A stretch of DNA of 63,347 nucleotides, filler included, from Kipferlia bialata (GCA_003568945.1; 6 parts of 6 records of this genome joined end to end with filler, not necessarily neighbours in it), one strand, 5' to 3'; positions 1-13,600 are shown, counted from the whole stretch's first letter. A program made the numbers and translations. Notes: a model not told the origin generated them from the sequence alone.

Positions 1-143
1 CCCCGAAATATCCCCCCCCCCCCCCCCCCACGAGATCCTTCTATCTATCCCTCTCCTCCTTCTCACTAAGTCATCACCAATACCACCTGTCTCCTACCAG
101 TTACATCTATCTCCTCTCTCTCTGTCTTACCCACTGATGGTAG

Positions 144-3100
144 GGTCAGCCATGTGCGTACTGCAAGACGGTGTCAGACATCCTCTATGAGTACCAGGAG
201 GAGACTGAAGAGTGGGAGGCCACCAAGTGGGGCTGGCCAGCTAGGAAGGCAGGTGTGTTAGTGGTACATATGCAAATGTCTAATATCCTCAGTATGGATG
301 GGTCAGTTGTTAATGTAATTGTCCTCTTTTGTCCGGCTTTATGTCTGGTGGCAACTGAAAGGTCTTCTACTAATATGTATGCCTATATTTCCTAATGGGG
401 TTCGCTTCTGTATTGAGACCCTGCTTAGGCACTCTTCCATGGACCTGACCCTAGCCGCCACCCATGGCTCAGACTCCAACCTGATGTGCGTGAGGGACTA
501 CAGGCTGCTGATGGATCCAGGTGGTGTCATATCGTGTTATGATACTGTCATCGTAGATTGAACTACTAGTGCGCTCTCTATACTGATTTCAGCGTACAAA
601 AGTGGCGCACAGAGGGGTAGAGAGCACAGAGTCACGCTACCCCCAGGTAAGGGAGGGGGTGTGCATGATTAGTATTGTCTCTTCCTCTCTCGATCTCCCA
701 TTTAGGCAAGACCATTGTGAATGTGTCTGCAGACTACTTGAGGTTCATGGTCGCAGACATCAGAGAGGTACGGCGAGTATGATTCTCTATATTATAGTAT
801 CAAGATATATGCGTAAGTTCTTTCTATATGTTAAATAGTTGTAAGGTGTCATAGGAGTGTGTGTCTATAGTTTCCTGGAGAGTCGACGGCTCACCTCCTT
901 AGAAGATCTCCAGCCAGTATGGTGATGCCCTGACCCTCGACCATGTCCAGTGGTGCATGGGGGTGCCAGCCAGGGTGAGTCAGACGTGGCTGTACATATA
1001 CAGCGCCAGTTTTAATCTTATACCAGTGGTCATACCAAGCGAGAATCCAGATGAGACTTGCGGCCGTTGAGGCAGGTACGAGTCCCCTTTGTGGAGCCTA
1101 CTCTGAAAGCATATCCTCTATGGGTCACCAATGCAAGCGTCGTTCCCTCTGTGGGTCTTCGATCATTACGCATTGTATCTTCAACGAAGTCATAGTATTA
1201 GGGACCAAAGAGAGAATGGTATTGATCAACTATAACTAATAGTCAGGCGTTGTAGATGTGTTGGATAGTCCCAGACTGCTTCTTGTCCCAGAGGCAGAGG
1301 CCGCAATCACTACCTTGAAGTCAAAGGTATAGTTGGAACATTAGTATTGTTCAACATTATTCTTACACACGTGAATGGACAGAATTATGACTCAACTTTA
1401 AGTAATATATACATATATCATGTAGTGCAAGCTCATATCCAGGTCCCAGCTATGAGGTTCACTGATGGAGAGGTCATAATGGTGGTTGATGCAGGTACCC
1501 TGAGCATGCTCAGGATATCTAATAGTTGGGTGTTGATAATCACAGTTCTCTTTCACATATGTTCTCATCCACAGGGAGTCAGACACTAGATCTAACAACC
1601 CACCGACTTAGTAAAGAGGACATGACTCATCACTCACTGGTTGAGGTACGGAATCATAGATAGCTCTTTCACTGGCCAGTGTTAACAGTACCTATCTATC
1701 TTATCTCAGGTCAGCAGAGCTGTTAGCAGCTTCGATGAGGGAGTGGGAAGTGTCGCCACTGACTCTGCCTTCAAGGTATACTTGACGGATCTTAGCTAAA
1801 GATACTTTGGACTCTATTTCCCCCTTACGCAGGACTGGGTGAGCTCCAAGCTCACAGACACCGTGTTCGAGAGGATGATGCTAGAACGTCCACAGTAAGT
1901 TCCCTATCACACCAATAGCTAACACTGCTCTGATTGAACATTCTGATATGTGTGACACATAGTAGAGTGCATATATCACATTCCATTCTCACCCACTTAG
2001 AGATGTGTCCCAGCTGTTGAGATGTTGGCAAGACATCAAGCAAGTCGTAGGGACATCCTCTATGGTATGGTTGTGTGACTGATGATTGTATACCGGTAGG
2101 TAAAGGGTGAATTGTGGGCCACATTCACTCTACACGTGCAAGCGTATTTCGCTGCCTCTCAATTCGACTTCCTACCTTCTCTGACAAATAGGATATCGAG
2201 TACCTTTGCATTCCAACGGGTGTCTATATGTCTCTGCCTGAGAGCGTTCTGCAGTCACTCGAAGCCGAGGTACGTCGTATATAGTTTGCTGCTCCTCAAG
2301 TAATCAAGTACTTACCCCTCCAGTTCAAGGATGTTGAGGATGAAACCAATGTTGAGCTTGTTCTGACAGCCGATGAGGCAGAGAAGCTGTTCGACCCCTC
2401 TGTGGAGAGAGTTATAGGTAGGTTCCGTACACTGCTTGCCATGCTATTTTCAGTCTCTACCTATCTACAGAGATGCAAATGATTTGTTTAGAGTACACCT
2501 TTGACTTGGGTATTTGGGATCGCTAACGATAGGTTGCATTCGGGGAGAGGTTGCCAAGTTGCAAAGAGAGGATGACACGAGGTAGAATCATGGCTGGTAA
2601 ACCATATCTCTTCCTATCTTCCTAGCCACCATCTTACCGTAGGGTGGGCAGTATGGTTGTTGTTGGAGGGTTCGCAGGAAGCCAATACCTCAGTGATAGG
2701 TATGCAGTAGACTATTTGTGGTGTGGCCTATCCTACGTGTTGAGTGTTAGACGCAGAGGAGTACTTAGTTCTCAATTTGATTTTGAGACGCAATTGTCTT
2801 GCATTCATACGTTCATTGCTTTCTTTGTTTGATCAAGTGTTGTTCTTGATACTAGTACTGACCTCCAGAATCAAAGCAGTCTTTGGAGCCAGTACCCCCA
2901 TTCATTGCATCAGCGAGCCAGGTAACAGCATATATATGTAGTGCCCCTTCCCTTCCCTTCGTTCCAGTTGATAATCTCACACTTTAGGTTCTGCTGTTCT
3001 GTACGGATCTGTTCTGGAGGGACTAAATACAATGGTAAAAGTGTTGATATCCTACGAGAGTGGTTACATTGTGATACACAAACTGAAACAGAACCAATTG

Positions 3101-6100
3101 AATCATCATCTCTCTCACAAATATCTCTCATCCCAGAGTTCGCCATCGAAGCATACCACAGCTCAGAGATCCACCCTGCCTAGGAATCCCCGGAAACACA
3201 CAGCCACAGAAGCTGAGAGGGCTCGCCTAGGTAAATTTCTTTCCATTGCGAAAGAATCCCCTACGTCGAGAATTGTATTTGAGTGGAGACCTAGTGTTGC
3301 ATTTCTTCTCACCCCAGAGAAGGAGAGAATTCACCGCATTCTTGCACCTCCAGAGCGGGGTTTCCGGTCGTTCTCCTCCTCTGCTGCTCTAAAGGCGAGT
3401 GATGTCCTCAAGTCTCTGCGAGGCATGGATACGTCCCAAGTCGAGTTCATTCTGTCGCAGCTGGGGAAGCATGTGAAGGCAGTCAGGCGCATTGCCGGAG
3501 TCCTGGGTCCTCTTGCTACGTTCTTGGAGACACACAACCCCAACACCCTTGATAGAGTCAGAGTGGACCCTCTGGTGGCCGAGTTCTACCCCCTCTTTAG
3601 AGTGTACCAGTCTGGCATCGGGGACCTCAGAGACGTTAGAGTCGACGTGCCCGAGGTGACTTCCCTGGTTACCGAGTGGGTTGACATAGTTGAGCAGGTG
3701 GCCAGTCTTACCCTGTTCTCTACCCCTGCAAGCATGGTAGATCTGTCGTATCAAGACGTGTTGCAGATGTGGGATGTGGAGGAGTACACAGCAGTGGTGG
3801 ACGATGTCTACCTAGAGGCACGTGACCTTATTGGCCGCCGAGACAATCTCGCTGCCACTCAGATAGCACTTAGGGGTATCACTGCCCGAAGGGATCTGCA
3901 CAGAGCCAACCGCATGCAGACCCAGGTCACACACATGAACCAGCAGCTGCGCTTCAGAATACAGGAGGAGGCGAGCATGAGGGGTATCATAGCCAGTCTC
4001 ACAGCAGTGCCTGCTACTTCTCAAAGGAGGTGGGTAGTACTGTACATGTAGAGAGAGCTATCTGGTGACTTTGCCTCTCTATATAATTATTCAGCACTCC
4101 ATATTACCATCTCTCCTCCTAACCGTTCAGGCGTGGTGAGGTTTCCACTCGTCTTCAGGCCGCCGAGGTTGAGGTTCTTATGAACCCCGACCCAGGTAGG
4201 AGGAGAGATCAGTGCATAGCCGTGAGGGACAGACTGCTAGCACAGCAGCAAGCGGTGCAGAAGAATGAAGCAGAGAGAGCTAGCCTTCTGGAGCAGCTCC
4301 AGGTGCACGAGAATCACCCTGAGGCTGCCGAGGTATCGATGTCTAATCATCTCGTTACGCATTATTCACATATCTCTCCACTTTCCCGCTGAGTTCATGT
4401 TTGCCCATACATACATCCAAACTTTACTCACTTCCAATCGCAGGTATTATTTATGGGTGCACTCGACGTCGACATGGAGGACTTAGGGTTCATTGATGAT
4501 CCTAATGGCCTTCCGGAGGAGGAGGTGTCTCTACCATTGGGGGGCGTATACCCTCATGTACCATTCATAGCAGTGGTCTCCCCAGAGCGGCACAGAGTCA
4601 TTAAGGAGTCCATTGATACCTCAAGGTGATGGTTCATTTATTAACTCTTCCCTTGTCATTCCTCCCTCATGTGTAGGAGAATGTCTCTCTCCTCTGTGTT
4701 CGAGCCATTCAACACAGAGGCGGATAAGGATATCGACAACCCAGACAGACTGGGAGCAGGAGACTTTGGCGCCGTATTCAGGGTATATTATAGTTGAATA
4801 TGCATCCACTTGCTTGAGTTAATTTCTGGGCACAATCTTCCTTTGGGCGCTTATTACCATTTGGGGTATTACTTCATGTCTCTTATCAATAGGCCAGGAA
4901 GCGAGACGACACCGGCTACCCCAGGGGTGTATATGCTGTCAAGCTACAAGACATGAACATGTTCCGCCCTAACCTATCCACCAGAGAGGTTAAGGTTGGA
5001 GGACATATTTTGACTACATTTACATACAATCTTGCTTCAATTGTAACTCCAGAGGAACGTCGACCGTGAGATCCTCGCCGGTGAGTTCAGGGTTGCCAAT
5101 TCTCCATACGTCGTGAAGTACGTTCCACCACTGAATTTGATAGTAGATGACGACGTCATCATGACGTTATGTGGCATATATAAGGGTGATAACAATTACA
5201 CACTCATGGTGCAGATGCTACGACCACTTCATTAACAGTGACCGCCCTCAGACAGAGACAGAGATGGTGATTGTAATGGATCTGCTCAGCGGTAAGTGCT
5301 GGGTCTAAGAATTGTACCAGTACTCTTTGGTATATGACGTAATCTCTTTCACCTAACTCTGCAGGACAGCCGTTTGATGACGTTCTGAATGTCTCTTACC
5401 CGGACCGCTGTGCTGAGAGACCCCTACCCCACATGCTATCCATCATGGAGAAGGTACGCAGAGAGATTTAGTGTATTGTATGTAGCACTAGTTGTTGCAA
5501 ATGTATTGACACCTCGCACCTGTGCCTCCTGTGGAGTAACGTAGTAAATATTGTGCGTAGCAGATACTGATACAGTTCATAAACCTACCTCATCACAGCT
5601 CCTCCTCGGTCTTAGAGACCTTGAGATCCAGAAGGTCATCCACAGGGACCTTAAGGTATAGGTGGTCCCATTGTCACTAGATGCAATCTCTAAATCAGTT
5701 TACCGTGTTTCTACGAGTGCTGGACGCAATCAACCGTGTTACTGACACTCTAGCCTGAGAACATCATGGTGGACGTGTCAGGAGAGGACGCAGACGTCCA
5801 CATTATCGATCTGGGCCTCTGCAAGCCCCTCAGTTGTCAGGTGGGTGTCTCTATTCATATTCACTTCATTGTAGGATACTCCCAAACCGTGTTTTGTATT
5901 GGTCCACGTCTCATATATATGTCTGCTCCTTTTGGGGAACCTAACATCTATCTTACTGCAGGAAGACCTGACCCATAGTGTGAATGTTGGCAACATACTC
6001 TACCGTGCACCCGAGGTAAGCCACTTCCTTCAATGCTGTGTCTTTGTTCGAGTATGCCATCAGTGGTGATAAATTGGATATCCCATCCACAGTATGTTTG

Positions 6101-7345
6101 TGTTCTTCTCTCACGTGAAGTGTTATCCTAAGAGTGCTCACTGTTCCTATGGTTCTGTGCCGACGGCTGATAATAAGCCGCAGTATGGTACCAAGGCAGA
6201 CCATTTCTCTGCTGGCCTGATATTCAACGAGGTACTGGGGGGGCGATAGTGATGGGCATTCATCATGACCCTTTGTGAATGATACCTGCTACTATTCATG
6301 TTCTTACTCTTATACTCTAGATGGTACAGAGAGACTGGGTCTTGTCCACCGTCAGATCGGAGATGGATCTTCATGGGATGTACTCTGCTGGAATCGCGTA
6401 CGTTATGAAAACCTTCATAAGGGTCTTAGGTCTATTCCAATTCCACTTCGTTTCTCTTATTATTAGCAACCTGACGGACGACGAGACCGGTATCCCAGGC
6501 TTGGCCAGCATCATCAACTCTATGGTCCAGGTACACATGTACTATGCATGTTCATCACTCAGAGATGCCCTCTCACTCAGATCGACCCCCGGCAGAGACG
6601 AAGTCTCGACAGGCTCCTGGGCGAGATGGGCAATGTGGTGAGTACATGGATATGTATATATATGTACGGTCAGGGGATAAGACGTGTGGGTGTGGCATGT
6701 GCAAATGACCCTTCCTATGTTGCTTTGTAACAATTGCTTTGATACTGCTTTGATACCCTTTCTGGATGAGAACAATTGCAATAAATTCAATATTCATGTC
6801 TGACCCTAGCGATCTGTGGTAGAAGGCGGTCACACACAGCCGAGGGTGCAAGAACACAGGTGAACACTACCCATACACGTAACGAGTTCTACCACTGAAT
6901 GTATAGTCATACGATCATAGACTTGTTCACACAGGTCACTCGTGAGCCTCACCACTGCTACACTAGCCCCCAGTATCCATGCACAGACTGAGCTGGACTC
7001 CTCGATCACCAGTGGCCGCCAGGACACGCTGTCGGGAGAGACTGAGGTAGGACGTATACATGTATGGACAGTGGTTACGGTGAATATGTTGAGTGAATAT
7101 TGTGTCTTACCACCCAGGTAGCATTGGCTGAGTCCTCCATGCCCCCTGGCCGCTTGAGTGTATACTCCATGGACATGAGTGGAGAGGACTCAGAGGTGCT
7201 GATACACTACATGAAGACACTGCAGAAGCTCGACAGGGGAAGTATGGGTCCCCAGGAGAGGGGTCTATATGAAGGGGCTGTGGAGAGACTGGGGCAGCAG
7301 GAGATGTCGAGCAGTGCCAAGATACAGTTCATGCAGTTCCTCTAG
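144..7345 (+). CDS. Multi-exon fusion protein, 5'-partial: HSPA12-like Hsp70/actin-fold domain + helical/coiled-coil linker + Ser/Thr protein kinase
   Basis: Spliced exons give Hsp70-12-type motifs: GQPCAYCKT..LY..WGW, QWCMGVPARW..MRLAAVEAG, LVPEAEAA, VVDAGSQTLD, LFDPSVERVI, VVGGFAGSQYL, GSAVLYG. The frame stays open into ORF 3032-4051, then gives kinase motifs LGAGDFGAVF (~4750-4781), YAVK, REI, HRDLK|PEN (5641-5762), IDLG, YRAPE, ADHFSAG. Stop at 7343-7345. Confidence 0.8.
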
Positions 7346-7516
7346 ACCTAAGGTGATAGGGGCCCACAGTCTCCACTTTAGCCAAACTGTATTCAATGTT
7401 GGTGGTAAACTCAATGGGTATCACGATGATACTATCATCACAATAGATATATGTATCTTTAGGGTTCAACGCTGACGCTATCTGATTTGTATTGTATATT
7501 GGATCCTTCAGTCCGT

Positions 7517-8888
7517 TCACCGAATCCCCGCTCCCTCTGTCTCATCTCTCTCTGCCACTTCACCCCTCTTGGCCAAGACCCTGTCTCTCTCCCTCTCATG
7601 TGCTTCTATCACAGCATGCTCTCTCTCACTCTCCCTGGCCCTGTACATCTCGACCTCTGCCTCCTGTGCTGCCTCTCTGTCCTCAGTGTGTGGTGACACA
7701 ACAGATGCTGGGGTGGCGGCAGTGCGGTATGTCTCCATGGCTGAGGTGGCTAAGGATGAGAGATTCAGTCTGATAGATGGATTGTTGTCTTCCCAGCACC
7801 CATACCTGCTGCCAATACGTCTCCTATGGCCTCCTCTGTGGGCATGCCTCTTTGGGGTTAGGTGCAGATGTTAGATCTACAGTAACAATCATACTCTAAC
7901 GCTTTCAGATGACCACATATTAGGCGTGTTTCACAGGCTGTCAATTCCTATTGTATACCTGTAACAGCGCAACACTGTCCCGGTGCCTGCTAACAGCAGA
8001 AGATATGGCTCAGACTGAGGTGAGAACCAAAACAGTGGCCACAGAGGAGTGATAGAGTCCACTACCTGGCTGTGTGTGAGCCCCAGTCTGTCCAGGTACC
8101 CATTGACAGAGGAGGCAGACTGGTACATAGTAGTGATGTGGGGGTGGGCTGCAACTGGAATGCCACTTCTCATGCCTAGATGGTTGGTTGCAGATATCCG
8201 GTAATCACATGTATAGAATTAGAGTTTTTGTCATAGCATCCTCACCGTTGTCTATCCAGTTGTGAATGGGGGTGGGACGCCACATGACCCCAGTGATGGT
8301 GGGGATCTCTGGGGTGGGACTTTATAGTGGTGTTCCTTACATACACATTCGTAGTTCTTAGTACTGGCTGTTGTGACAACTATGAACTGGTTACCACTAA
8401 ATGTGACGTACCATACCAGTCCATGTCAAGTTGTCTCCCAGATGTATGGTCAATGAGGCCAGCCTGAATGTGAGTGGATCTCACCAACAACTTCGCAGAG
8501 TCTAGACTCTAGACTCTAGAGTGGTTACATGTATAATGAAGATTGAGTCAGTGTGTGTTCTAGAGTCTACTAGACTCGGTCTAGCAGCTGGCCCCACCTT
8601 CCATGCGTCACACTGCTTCTGATGCCCCATCCGGAACGGCCACAGCAACACATACGGTGGGCATGTGCCTGTCGTTATACTGGTGAGTGTGACATGCTAG
8701 AATATACATAGTGTCATTGTTGAGTGAAACCCCTAAGACATATCATATCCATGCCAAAATGAACATGCAGATATATTTTGATACGTAAACCCACCGCCCT
8801 TGGGCAGCTTGACAGTGGTGTTGGCTAGGCTCTGAAGCTCAATGCTCGGGAACTGCCTCCCCTCTGCTTCTCGGTGGCGCTCTAGCAT
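7517..8888 (-). CDS. ATP10-like thioredoxin-fold protein (about 7 exons) with a charged C-terminal tail
   Basis: Spliced: MLERHREAEGRQFPSIELQSLANTTVKLPKG|GTCPPYVLLWPFRMGHQKQCDAWK|AGLIDHTSGRQLDMDWY|EIPTITGVMWRPTPIHNWIDN|GMRSGIPVAAHPHITTMY..YLLLLAGTGTVLRCYR|GMPTEEAIGDV.. The FP..L....LP / Q...D.W / YEIPTI / IDNGMRSGIP / L+..G.V pattern is recalled from ATP10-related prokaryotic proteins. Confidence 0.7.
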
Positions 8889-9261
8889 GGTATGGTATTC
8901 AATGTAAGAAGAAGGGCCGAGTACTACGAACTGTCTTGGTATGTATCACCCATTACGAACCCTATTGTATGCGAACCTTCAAGTGACAGAGGGGCATATG
9001 TTGGGGAAATGTGGGTGTTGGTACTTGATTCAGTGTACACTGAGACAACATCTCTGCTGTATGTACCCCAACTATCACGGAGCCAAGACCCCCAGAACCA
9101 ACAGCAACGTAGAGATACAACGTCAATTCCTTAGCGTATTCTGCGCTAAGAATTGTACTTTGGACGCGTGGGTTCGAATCCCGCGGTGGTTGTTTTGCCA
9201 TCACTTCGGATATCCGACTGAGGTTCTGTGCTGGACCGCCTCTTTTGCATCAATATAGTCA

Positions 9262-9773
9262 ATGAGCGACGAGGAGAGACAGTCTGAGGTAAATAGTGGT
9301 CCTTGGTGCTACAGTACTACGTTTTGTAATTTCTGGTGTGTTTTTATGCTCGTGGGGTTGCTACTAGAGAAGGTTGCTGATGTTAGGTTGTTCAGGAGCT
9401 TCTGGCTGCCCAGAAGTCTGTTGAGGAGTACAAGTCTCAGCTTGCTATGGTTAGCAACAGGTTGTCCGAGGGTATCCGTGAGTCTAGGCGCGCTGAGCTC
9501 ACCCTTGGCTCCCTCGCTGATGTTGGTGATGCCGAGACCTTCATCTCTGTTGGCAAGGCCTACTACGGAAAGGCCAAGCCCGATGTGGAGCAGGTGCTGA
9601 CTGACAGGGTCAACCGCCTCCAGAAGGAGCGCAAGAAGCTGGTTGGAACCAAGCAGTACGTCGAGCTCCAGCTCCAGAGTGCCGAGAAGAGGCTGACTGA
9701 CATCATCGACATTGTGCAGAGGGCCAGGGCCACCGAGATGGCCGGTGCCGCAGAGCTCGAGGCCCAGGACTAA
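9262..9773 (+). CDS. PFDN1: Prefoldin beta-type subunit (most like subunit 1), 2 exons
   Basis: Exon 1 9262-9288 (MSDEERQSE) and GT at 9289. Acceptor at 9386 or 9395, both in frame. Coiled coil - FISVGKAYY hairpin - coiled coil with KQYVE, about 135 aa. Confidence 0.8.
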
Positions 9774-9938
9774 TGAGGGGGGAGCTGTGTATGGGAGAGT
9801 AGGAGGTGTGGGCAGTAAGCAACGTGCTGTCTGGCGCCATTCGTTTGTGTATCATCATTCAAGGATAAATAGTTGTAGAACCACTCGCAGGTGTAATCCC
9901 GCGGGGGCATAGTGGTTTCCCTCTTTTAGTCTATCTCC

Positions 9939-9988
<50 letters not shown>

Positions 9989-10088
9989 NNNNNNNNNNNN
10001 NNNNNNNNNNNNNNNNNNNNNNNNNNNNNNNNTTAATTAATTAANNNNNNNNNNNNNNNNNNNNNNNNNNNNNNNNNNNNNNNNNNNN
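9989..10088. other. Artificial contig linker (N44-TTAATTAATTAA-N44)
   Basis: Identical 100-nt linker with six-frame stop codons recurs five times. Confidence 0.97.
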
Positions 10089-10132
<44 letters not shown>

Positions 10133-10688
10133 ATATATACATACATACTCATATATGACCCCAGACCCAGCCTGAGGTTGAGTACATCCCCACACATAAC
10201 CTCTCTCTCTTTATACCTATATGTATGTCTCTTTCACACATATGCATGTGTATAACCCCAGACTCAGCCTGAGGTTGAGTACATCCCCACCCCCAAGCAG
10301 GCCCCAAGCCTATGGGACGCTGTCGCATCCATGGGTATGTATCTCTCTCTCTCTCTGTCTGTACTCTTCCCAAGTCCCCCTCCCCCCATCTCTGTTTCTC
10401 TCACATACTCACTTGCACAGTCTCTGCCTTTCTTCCTGTCAATATATATATGGGTAGATATTGTACCTGTGAACCACCCTCTCATACTAAGGATTCCCCT
10501 GACCCACAATGTAAGGGTACCTACTTCCTCTCTCTCTCTCTGTATATATATGTATACTCCTACTCGCCTTCTCTTACCCGGCGATGGTAGGGGACTCATC
10601 ATCCAACGGTTCCTACTCTCTCTCTCTCTCTCTCTCTATGTATACATATGTGTATATGTAGAAACCTGCTCTCTTTCTCAGACCAGCG

Positions 10689-13600
10689 ATGCCAGGTGAC
10701 CCAACGTCCAAGGCCGCACAGGAGATCTCTGCTCTTATGGACGAGCTTGGGAAGTCAGGCTTCATGACGGGAAAGAGTGAGTATTGACTTATTTACATGT
10801 CATATTCTCCCTGGCTTACGCTTCTCTGTGACACATATCTGAGTCGTTGAAGCTCTATACACAGTCATATTCAAACTGCAGTATCAAAATTGTACTCATG
10901 CAAAAACACCTGTCACTCATCCCTGGTATCCTAATATATATATATATATCTATATATATATATATGTGTGTGTGTACATCTGTCTCATATACTAATATCA
11001 GCTGTGAGGTTTGTGAGTCACAAATTGTGACCAAGAGTGATATAGTTATATGTGTGTATGTGTGTATACATGTGTATATGTATATGTATATGTCTCATAT
11101 CAGCTCCATCCCCTGAGTCCATAAGGTCTGTCACCAAGAGAGCACTCACAACTATGGAGAAGAACCCCAAGGATTCGGTATGTATTCTGTATGAGATGAT
11201 TTCAGCACAATGGCTATGTATCCCCTCATCCTAGTATGTCCTGAGGCAGTTATTATTATTCTATTCTAGAATACACTTGCATGTTATCATATACATTACT
11301 TTTCTAATTGACCCCAGTATGTAGCCAGTATGTCCTGTGGCCTCATCGAGTTGGTGTCCGAGATGGGTACGTGGCGTGTAAATATACATACTCTCTCCAT
11401 CTAAAATAACTGGAGTGTACTATTCAATGTGGTTATTATTTGTGCCTCTCACTCACTTAAGGCGTCCTCTCTGATGGGTTTGCGGCTGTGGCTGTGTCGA
11501 AGAAGCAAGCCAAGGCCCTGCTCTCACAGATGGGCATGAAGGGACAGACACCCCTGGTGGTGTACTCAGTCCTGCACACGATAAAGGCACTCATTGAGGA
11601 TGGTATGTGACACTACATTTACCTTTTCATTCACACACATATACATATCCATGTGGATATGGGGAACTATAGCAGTACCTAAGTATGTACACCATAAGGT
11701 CCTTCTTTGACGATAGAATGCAGGTTATATGACCACGCAATGTCGTATACACTATATGTCCAATTCTGGGTGTGTATACATACAAATACCCTTGACACTA
11801 ATGGTAGAGATGAACTGTGGCCTCCTAGTGTCCTGTGGCCTCGTCAAGGGCACACTAGCAGCCCTCAACGCATGTAGAGAGGTACTATCTGTGAGAACTT
11901 CACAGTAGTATATATGATATACATATTTCCAGGTTAGTGCCTGTAATTGGGAGGTCTCGATGTTGGATGGTCTATGGTAACATGCAGAGTTGTTACTTCT
12001 CGTTGTGAGTGCACTCACACCAGGACAGCAAGTGTGTGGCCGTCGCATGTTGCCTCATCACAACCATGGCAAACAAGGGTGAGACAGACTACCACACTTG
12101 ATACAATACCCATAGATATACGTAAACATTCGCTATACAATCTATGTCTCTATTCTTTTACGGGGGTGTTGTTAAGAGTACTTGACACTCACCCCAGACA
12201 TTACCATCGGCACCACTGTCCTTGAGACTAAGGGCCTTCCTGCCATAGTGAGTGGCCTCAGCACACACCTAGGAAGTGCATCTGTGGCCAACGAGGTGTT
12301 TCAGACGCTCATGACACTGGCAGCTGTCGAGGGTACCATGACAATTGAATATACATATGATACTAGTGATAGCTAGTTTTATTGATACTTATGAGAATTT
12401 GGTCTACATATTACTATTGACACTGATACAGGTGGTGGGTCAGCACTGTATGACCTCAAGGTGGACGAGCTAGCCATCCAAGCAATGGAGAGACACAAGG
12501 ACAATAAGGTTTGTTATCTACTTTACATAGTGTATAATATGGAGTCTATATAAGAGTGTTGTGGGACAACAAGGTCCCGTAGTCTTGGCACCATATATGA
12601 AATTCCTCATTTACATTGCTACCTTGCTACCTTGCCTGACCCCAGAAGTTGGTGATCTCTGGCCTGAACGTCATTAGGAACATGAGCTCTGTAGGTATGG
12701 AATCTACTAGTAACCTACTCATTGGTACCATATTCTTGGTATACCATAACCAGGTGCATACTTACACTCCAGCCCGTACTGTGAAGACTGGCATTCTCAA
12801 CAGCGCCGGGGCCTACACGATTGTCAGGACCATCAAGAACCTCATTGGAGATGCTGAGGTTGTGGCAAACGGCCTCGCAGCTATCCATCAATTGACATAT
12901 GTGATTGGGCCTTCTCTAGGTAATCAAAATTTCGCATCATGTCGTTGCTTTAGATGTATCTTCTTAGGGCTCGCCGAAACAAGATGAGTATCTATCTTCT
13001 TACTGCCCTACATTCTTAGTGTTGTATCATGCATTATCGTAAGACATATGTACTGACTGTCAGCACAGTGCCAGGGCAGGGCCATCGAGTTGCGGGTCCA
13101 CACACTCATCGTCAAGGTATGTATATGGACATCCCTCCTCTATGTTGTTGCTTCACGTTACACACATATCCATTTTGGTCTTTCTATCTCAACTCTATTT
13201 TGAGCTTCAATTTTGATTTGTTCATGGTACTAAAGGATTAGACCTTGTCTAAACCCAGGCACTCACCAAACACTCCCGTTCCACCATGGTGATCGACTCC
13301 AGTATCTCCCTCCTCAACAGCTGCATCAACAAGACCACCCAGCCTCTGCTAGAGAAGGCTAGGGTGACGCCTCTGGTAGTTAAGGTGGGGATGTGCACCT
13401 ACTATGGACCTCTCAATGATGTTGCATTGGGAGTATTGGATTCGTATACTATTCATTTATATGATACTAACCGTAGGCTCTGGGTGTCGTATCACTCCGA
13501 GAGGAGGTGGTCCTCTGCTTGAACTGCCTCTCTAACCTCGGCCTCCACTCGTCAGGTGTGATATCCGTATATCACTAACGTAGTGCATACCATGGTACTT

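Noticed and set aside
3032..4051. Stand-alone gene or transposon ORF
   Set aside because: In frame with flanking exons of the Hsp70-kinase gene; no transposase, RT or integrase motifs and no terminal repeats.
9100..9200. Complete tRNA gene
   Set aside because: Only a T-arm and a possible 3' acceptor strand are present; no D-arm or anticodon arm could be folded.
10033..10044. TTAATTAATTAA motif repeated five times (piggyBac-like TTAA target?)
   Set aside because: Always centred in exactly 100-nt N blocks: an artificial six-frame-stop linker.
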